Below, piece after piece: positions 58,873 to 64,000 of a stretch of DNA of 64,000 bases. The stretch covers positions 4,102,296-4,166,295 of the forward strand of contig CBDCTK010000002.1 of assembly GCA_965222225.1 (NCBI GenBank). The letters are read 5' to 3'. The position numbers and the translations under genes are program-made. Source of the DNA: Candidatus Poribacteria bacterium (GTDB taxonomy: Bacteria > Poribacteria > WGA-4E > JAJDTR01). Positions within the stretch are counted from its first letter, which is position 1, and every line of letters begins with the position of its first letter. The notes beneath the pieces are model-generated. The model was not told the DNA's origin and did not search any database. It was given only the letters and a program-made list of their open reading frames with translations.

Positions 58873-59784
58873 TTACTTCCCAGCCTTATACCGCGCCACT
58901 GGACTCCGTTCCGACGGTGCCTCCCTCACATACCGCGCCGGCATCGTCGGCTCCTGCCACCGCCCCGCTCGTTGCACCTCCTTCACGCTTGCCCCGGCCT
59001 CTGCAAGCGACACCGCAGACCCGATACGAAGCGAGTGTCCGCTAATCAATCCCGTCACTCCCGCTTCCGCCGCCCGCCGCTGTATCGCCGCGCGCCCCCC
59101 CTTCACCCCCAGCCGATCGTCAGTCACATGATTCTGGAAGCGTATCCTCCGGAACAAAGCCCCCGACGCAATCCCCGCTCTCGTTCGATACCGCTCTATC
59201 AACCGCCGTGTCGATTCACAGATATACAGATTCTCGCCCTGGTCCTCCCCGCTTGTCCTCTTGCCGTAGACCTGAAGCCCCTCGGCTCTAACATCCTCCA
59301 CATCCACTGCAACCGCCTCCGAGATGCGTAACAGGCAATCGCTCATCAGCCTAATCATGGCGGCATCACGGGTGCCCGCCGCGGTATCTGACGATTCCGC
59401 CGCCGCACACACCCGCTCCACTTCGTGCCACGTAAGCCCGTCTACCTGGCGCCGCCCGCGCCCTTTACCTTCGCCGCGGATATCAGACAATGCGCGAGCG
59501 GTGATGTCCCCAACCACATTGCCAACCCCACGGTACTCCGCCATCCACTTCACCGCGGACACGACCAGCTTGATCGTCGCCGGCGATTTCCCCTGTGCAT
59601 ACAGAAACCTGATATATTCCGCCAGCACCGCATCCGATAGGGCACGTCCGTCTAGCCAAGCTTCCAGCTTGCGGCTCGCGTGCTCATACGCCTTGAGCGT
59701 GTTATCCGCCACGTTTGCCCGAATCTCCTGCCCCGTACCCGCGGCGATTCGCAACCCCCTATCCGATTCCTTGCCTTGCTTCAT
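58873..59784 (-). CDS. tyrosine recombinase / phage-type integrase
   Basis: C-terminal catalytic box GHSLRIGSAVSLAEAGA...AGRWQEPTMPARY (H-x-x-R ... Y) and N-terminal SAM-like core-binding region. Confidence 0.85.
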   Translation of the reverse strand: MKQGKESDRGLRIAAGTGQEIRANVADNTLKAYEHASRKLEAWLDGRALSDAVLAEYIRFLYAQGKSPATIKLVVSAVKWMAEYRGVGNVVGDITARALSDIRGEGKGRGRRQVDGLTWHEVERVCAAAESSDTAAGTRDAAMIRLMSDCLLRISEAVAVDVEDVRAEGLQVYGKRTSGEDQGENLYICESTRRLIERYRTRAGIASGALFRRIRFQNHVTDDRLGVKGGRAAIQRRAAEAGVTGLISGHSLRIGSAVSLAEAGASVKEVQRAGRWQEPTMPARYVREAPSERSPVARYKAGK

Positions 59785-59956
59785 GATAAACCCCTCGTCA
59801 GATTTATACCACCGTTGCCATATTCATCGACCGCCCAAGCCGTCGAGCATAACTGGCACCCCAAGTGAACATGGCAACACGAATATCGTTACATACAGCC
59901 AGTGTTGAGGAATCTCGACCTTTCTGCCTTGGAGCCTGTTTGAAAAGTACAGTTTG

Positions 59957-60225
59957 TAGGGTGCGATCAAAGGAATGAATAATGACTCCGATAGAGATCC
60001 CCTGCGATCAAGCGAATGAATAATAAGCGATCAACTGAACGAATAGTGAAGGAGCAACTGACCGATAGGGAAGGCGGTAGAGATCCCATAGAAAGTCCTG
60101 ATAGAGATCCTACCAGCCTCTAAAAGCCCCCAGAGTGGGATCAAGGGAGATCCAATGAGCGAATAGCGAATGCGATAGGGATCCCTGATAGAGACTGCGA
60201 TAGAGATCCTAACAGGTATGTAGCA
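59957..60225 (+). repeat. modular dispersed repeat, long multi-word copy
   Basis: GGGTGCGATCAAAGGAATGAATAATGACTCCGATAGAGATCCCCTGCGATCAAGCGAATGAATAATAAGCGATCAACTGAACGAATAGTGAAGGAGCAACTGACCGATAGGG...GCGATAGAGATCC. Confidence 0.6.
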
Positions 60226-60301
60226 GCCAACAATGAAAACATGAAAAAACTCTCTACAAATGACCAAAAATGGCTTTGCCACCGATTATTCAAACAGGCT
60301 C

Positions 60302-61155
60302 TTAGAACACACCCTCCCTTACCATCGTTCGGTTCAACTTCTTCACCACCGCCGGCGTCACCGGATCGTTGTCCGGGAGGAATCCCTCTCCCTTCTTTAG
60401 TTTAACAGCCGCAACACTGTCCAACTCAGCCAGCTTCTTAGCCCCTTGCACCGCCTTCAGATCGCCCCCGTAGTACTCGTACCAAGGCAGCTTCGCGTTT
60501 GTGTAATCCTGAGCCGTCGGCGGCTTCCCTGGCGGCTCGCAACCCGTCACTTTGAGGAGCTCCACGCGCTATTCACGATATGAACGAAGCAGCGCGAGCC
60601 GGTCGACGTGTCCCACGCATCGATGCCGTATTCGTCCTCGTATATCTCCTGCCGCATAAGACCGCCCGGCGCCAACCCCATCCGCGGTTCCTCGCGAAGT
60701 ACATAGTAGTCTGCTCTGCTCAGGTTCTTATCAAGTGGCAGTTCCTCGTATATCGACCGCTTCATCGGATAGACAGCAATCTGGAGCCCGCCGTGCTCCG
60801 CCTCGCCCGTTAGCTGCTCCTCCGCCGTGAAACCCTCACCCAGCGGCATCGCCACGAACTGCCGAATTAGCCCCTTCTCCACGCAGAACCCGTCCAACCA
60901 CGGTTGACCCGGCACCACCAAGTAATCCTGCCGCTCCCCGCTGAGCTCCTCCTCCCATGCCCCCCCGGTCACCGTGTTGACTTTGCCCGCTGCTATCTTC
61001 ACCGCCATCGGATAGTCGCCGTGGAAACAGATCCACATCGCCTCCGCTTGATACATCGGGGTGAACACCCCGCCATGTTTCCTCCACGTTTCCGGCAAGT
61101 TATCCGGGTAGTCGTCCACTCGACTCAGCGGGAATCTCCCAAGCCCCGGCGGCAA
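60302..61155 (-). CDS. hypothetical protein, apparently frameshifted (60547..61155 and 60302..60565 overlap by 19 nt in different frames)
   Basis: ORFs only; no recognisable motif; the two pieces abut as expected for a single disrupted gene. Confidence 0.3.
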
Positions 61156-61727
61156 ATAATGTTTTCGGTTGTCGTCCGGAATCCGCAGCGTACGCTGGAA
61201 TTCAATCGCGAGCTCGGCAAATCCGTATATCTCCGGAAATCGAAATATAATCTAATCGTTTCTCAGTTCAATAGTTTTTTTCCCGTTCCTAGTCCTATTA
61301 GCCATAATCATAGACCTCTCTGTTTTTTAATTCCTGATGAGCAAAACACTTCAACACGTAATATGTATTATAACAGGATTTATATAACTTAACAACCGAA
61401 AACATCAAGCCCTTTCCAATTCAGCCCCGCCGCCCTTGTAGCCCCTCTTCTACGGTCGCAATCCCCCGGCGGACGCGCCCGCTGTTCGTGGCGTGGGGTA
61501 CGCTGCACACTGCTATCAAGCCAGCTAGCCGGCGAATACCGAGTGCGGTAGACATCCCCTCCAGCCGGCGCCGCGCAAATACGCCTAAGCAACGGGCAAC
61601 GGCAACCCTCGAAGCGATGCGGGCTGCTTTGGTGTCGTGCCGAGGCGCCGCCCTGCGCCACCAACTGATCGAACATATTGATGGATTGAAAAACGATAAA
61701 GCGAATGGCCAACTGACTGGATAATGA

Positions 61728-61805
61728 AGGATCCACTGAGATCAACCGACTGATTAGGGAGGACGATAGTAGATCCTGCGCGATAGAGTTCCCATAGAGA
61801 TTCCA
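61728..61805 (+). repeat. copy of modular dispersed repeat
   Basis: GAGATCAACCGACTGATTAGGGAGGACGATAGTAGATCCTGCGCGATAGAGTTCCCATAGAGATTCC. Confidence 0.55.
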
Positions 61806-62161
61806 TGAATCCTAGTTCGGACAATCCCGTCCCCTTCCCCACTCTCCACCGCTCTCTCAAGTGCAAAAGATTTACGGAGTTGGTAGTTAGAGACTGGCAA
61901 TATTGAACAAGCACGTATACGTATGAGTGGGAGTGTAGTTATTTTCTGACACCTGCACATAAACGTGCTATTATACGGTAAGTATCAAGAAGTTCATCCG
62001 CTATCAGGGAAGGGTGGCATACGATAACAGCACACGACACAACAGCGAATTTATTATAGCGCTTCTCTATTGGCTTAGGTATAGTATAATGGGGCGGTTG
62101 CAACACAGTGGCGATTGATTCGATACATGCAACACATGAAGATAAAAGAAGGGATAAACCA

Positions 62162-64000
62162 ATGACACGCTTTATTTGTATCCTAGCCTTGCTCCTAGGC
62201 CTGATGACATGGGTATACGCCCAACCCGTCAACATGCCCGACCCAAACCTACGCACCGCAGTGCGCGAATCTCTTGATCTTCCAAATGGCGCACCGATTA
62301 CGCGTGATGCTATGCTTCAGTTGATTAAGCTTCGTCCTGGAAGCCGCGGCATTGAAAATCTATCCGGTGTGGAGTTCGCAAAAAACCTCAGAGAACTATC
62401 AATCTGGGGCAACCCCATAACCGATCTCAGTCCTATCGCCGGACTAACTAAGTTGGAACTGCTGTACATGTGGGGGACACCGATTTCGGATATTACACCA
62501 CTAGCGAATCTGGCGAATCTGATAAATTTGCGTCTGAACTATTGCAACGTTGCCGATATAAGCCCAGTTGCACATTTGCTTAAACTTGAGAAACTGTCAT
62601 TAGCCGGAAATGGGATCACCGACGTTGGACCTCTTGCCAACTTAACGCAACTCCGACTCCTCAACCTCGAAAACAATGGCATTGTGGATGTGCGTCCGTT
62701 GGCGGGCCTGCGTCGATTAGAAACATTAACAATAGAGGGCAACCGTATAACAGACCACAGTCCACTTGATGGATTGTCGTTGGAACACTTTACACATGAC
62801 CTCGAAACGCCGTGCGACATGGCGCCGCTTCCTTTGGAGCCTCGTATAGAGAATAGAAACTTCCCCTCCCTCTTTTCCGCCTGGATCGATCGGAATAAAT
62901 ACTCGGCATACGATTTGATCTTCTGCTGCCCTCGGTTCGAGAGTTGGCTTGTTGAAACGGCCGACGGTTTTCAATTCCGTACCGCGCATTCATCGTGGGA
63001 TGGACCGGTTCAGATACGCGACGGCTACCTAGAACAAAACCCGACTATGGTATTTTTGCACGGACTATCTGTAATTTGGCATGAGCTGGACTCCCTGCCC
63101 GAAGATTCTCCTTGGTGGCTGCGTGATGAACAAGGGAACATACTTCCAGCCTGGGATATGGGCTTAATGAATCTTAATCATCCGGGTTGGCAGCAGCGGA
63201 TGATTGACATAGCGGCGACTATAGATCAATGCGGTTTGTACGACGGGATTTTCATCGACGGCTGGAGTGAATGGCATAACGAACGGCGCGGGCAACTACC
63301 GGGGCAGGTGGCTATTCTCAAAGGGATACGCGAAAGGGTGCGGGACGATTTTCTTATCATGGTGAACACAAATACCTGGACAGCACCGGTGTCGGCACCT
63401 TACATCAACGGACTGTTTTTGGAATCCGGCTTTCCGGGCGATAGCAACTCACCTGAAGATCTTGAAGAACGTCTGTCGGAACTAGAGGATACGCTGAGAT
63501 GGGCTGAGACCACACTGCTGGAGCCTCGAATCACCGGACTCGAAGGAAGCAACTACCGTGACGAACCGCCAGACAACCCAAAGAATATGCGGTGGATGCG
63601 GGCGACTACCACTTTGGCGCTCACGTTTAGCGACGGTTATGTTGCTTTCCCGTTACGAGGAGGACCTTGGTACGATTTCTGGAATGCCGACCTCGGACGC
63701 CCCGTCGGAGAGACTTTGCAGCTCTATGAACACCGCCCAGGTCTCTACATCCGTGAATTCACGAACGGTTGGGCGGTATACAACCACAGCGGCGCGGCGC
63801 AGGTTGTGACATTGCCGGAAGATGTACAATCAGTAGCTAGCGGATTGAGCAACACGGAACATGCCGTGCTTAACCTGGACGGCGATATTTTTTTGCGGGT
63901 GACGCCGAAGAATCCAGCGGACGTGAACGGGGACGGGGTAGTGAATATCTTGGATTTGACGTTGGTGGCACAGGGGTTCGGCGGCGATCGACCGGGCGCC
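62162..64000 (+). CDS. secreted leucine-rich-repeat protein with central TIM-barrel-like (glycosidase-like) region and dockerin-like C-terminal repeat; runs off the window end
   Basis: my own translation from ATG 62162 (GAAGGG RBS) is open for 613 codons to 64000; signal peptide MTRFICILALLLGLMTWVYA; 22-residue LRR units L..L..L.L..N.I.D..PLA; DVNGDGVVNILDLTLVAQ matches the dockerin type I Ca-binding repeat. Confidence 0.6.
   Translation, partial: MTRFICILALLLGLMTWVYAQPVNMPDPNLRTAVRESLDLPNGAPITRDAMLQLIKLRPGSRGIENLSGVEFAKNLRELSIWGNPITDLSPIAGLTKLELLYMWGTPISDITPLANLANLINLRLNYCNVADISPVAHLLKLEKLSLAGNGITDVGPLANLTQLRLLNLENNGIVDVRPLAGLRRLETLTIEGNRITDHSPLDGLSLEHFTHDLETPCDMAPLPLEPRIENRNFPSLFSAWIDRNKYSAYDLIFCCPRFESWLVETADGFQFRTAHSSWDGPVQIRDGYLEQNPTMVFLHGLSVIWHELDSLPEDSPWWLRDEQGNILPAWDMGLMNLNHPGWQQRMIDIAATIDQCGLYDGIFIDGWSEWHNERRGQLPGQVAILKGIRERVRDDFLIMVNTNTWTAPVSAPYINGLFLESGFPGDSNSPEDLEERLSELEDTLRWAETTLLEPRITGLEGSNYRDEPPDNPKNMRWMRATTTLALTFSDGYVAFPLRGGPWYDFWNADLGRPVGETLQLYEHRPGLYIREFTNGWAVYNHSGAAQVVTLPEDVQSVASGLSNTEHAVLNLDGDIFLRVTPKNPADVNGDGVVNILDLTLVAQGFGGDRPGA

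Noticed and set aside
1-64000. CRISPR array
   Set aside because: The repeat family here has variable word order and spacing, no constant-length repeat/spacer periodicity and no cas genes in the window

Overview
A 64 kb accessory-type chromosomal window from a bacterium of about 52% GC with AGGAGG ribosome-binding sites. It looks like a catabolic and surface-protein region of a large genome, with signs of marine or polysaccharide-degrading lifestyle.

What is here, in order:
- An ABC transporter with two peptide-type permeases.
- An EamA-family transporter.
- A sulfatase, a D-aminoacylase, a TauD/TfdA dioxygenase and two decayed PhyH-family dioxygenase genes.
- Two L-rhamnonate-dehydratase-like enolases, two Gfo/Idh/MocA oxidoreductases and a sugar-phosphate isomerase.
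- A tandem array of four GH36-like glycosidases.
- An array of five TolB-like PD40 beta-propeller secreted proteins.
- argJ.

Embedded in this are several likely mobile or defence-type modules:
1. A tight plus-strand operon (39.3-44.5 kb) made of an AT-rich type II restriction-modification pair (beta-class DPPF methyltransferase plus a MutH/Sau3AI-family endonuclease) directly followed by a 652 aa TGT-superfamily transglycosylase. That enzyme keeps all catalytic and zinc-binding motifs and has a C-terminal extension of about 250 aa of unknown function. A GNAT acetyltransferase and a polytopic membrane protein follow, then duplicated histidine phosphatases and a nearby nucleoside 2-deoxyribosyltransferase. 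I consider this the best candidate for an undescribed DNA-base-exchange or modification system.
2. A SIR2-domain gene that appears to have been split from a 783 aa helical partner ORF by an IS1595 insertion, giving a DSR-like architecture. It lies in a decayed integrase-bearing island (52-62 kb) dense in a modular short dispersed repeat family.
3. An IS1-family element with a textbook A-run programmed -1 frameshift site, inserted inside the TolB-like array.

The window also shows unusually pervasive pseudogenisation: in most paralogous families exactly one copy carries an in-frame stop or frameshift.
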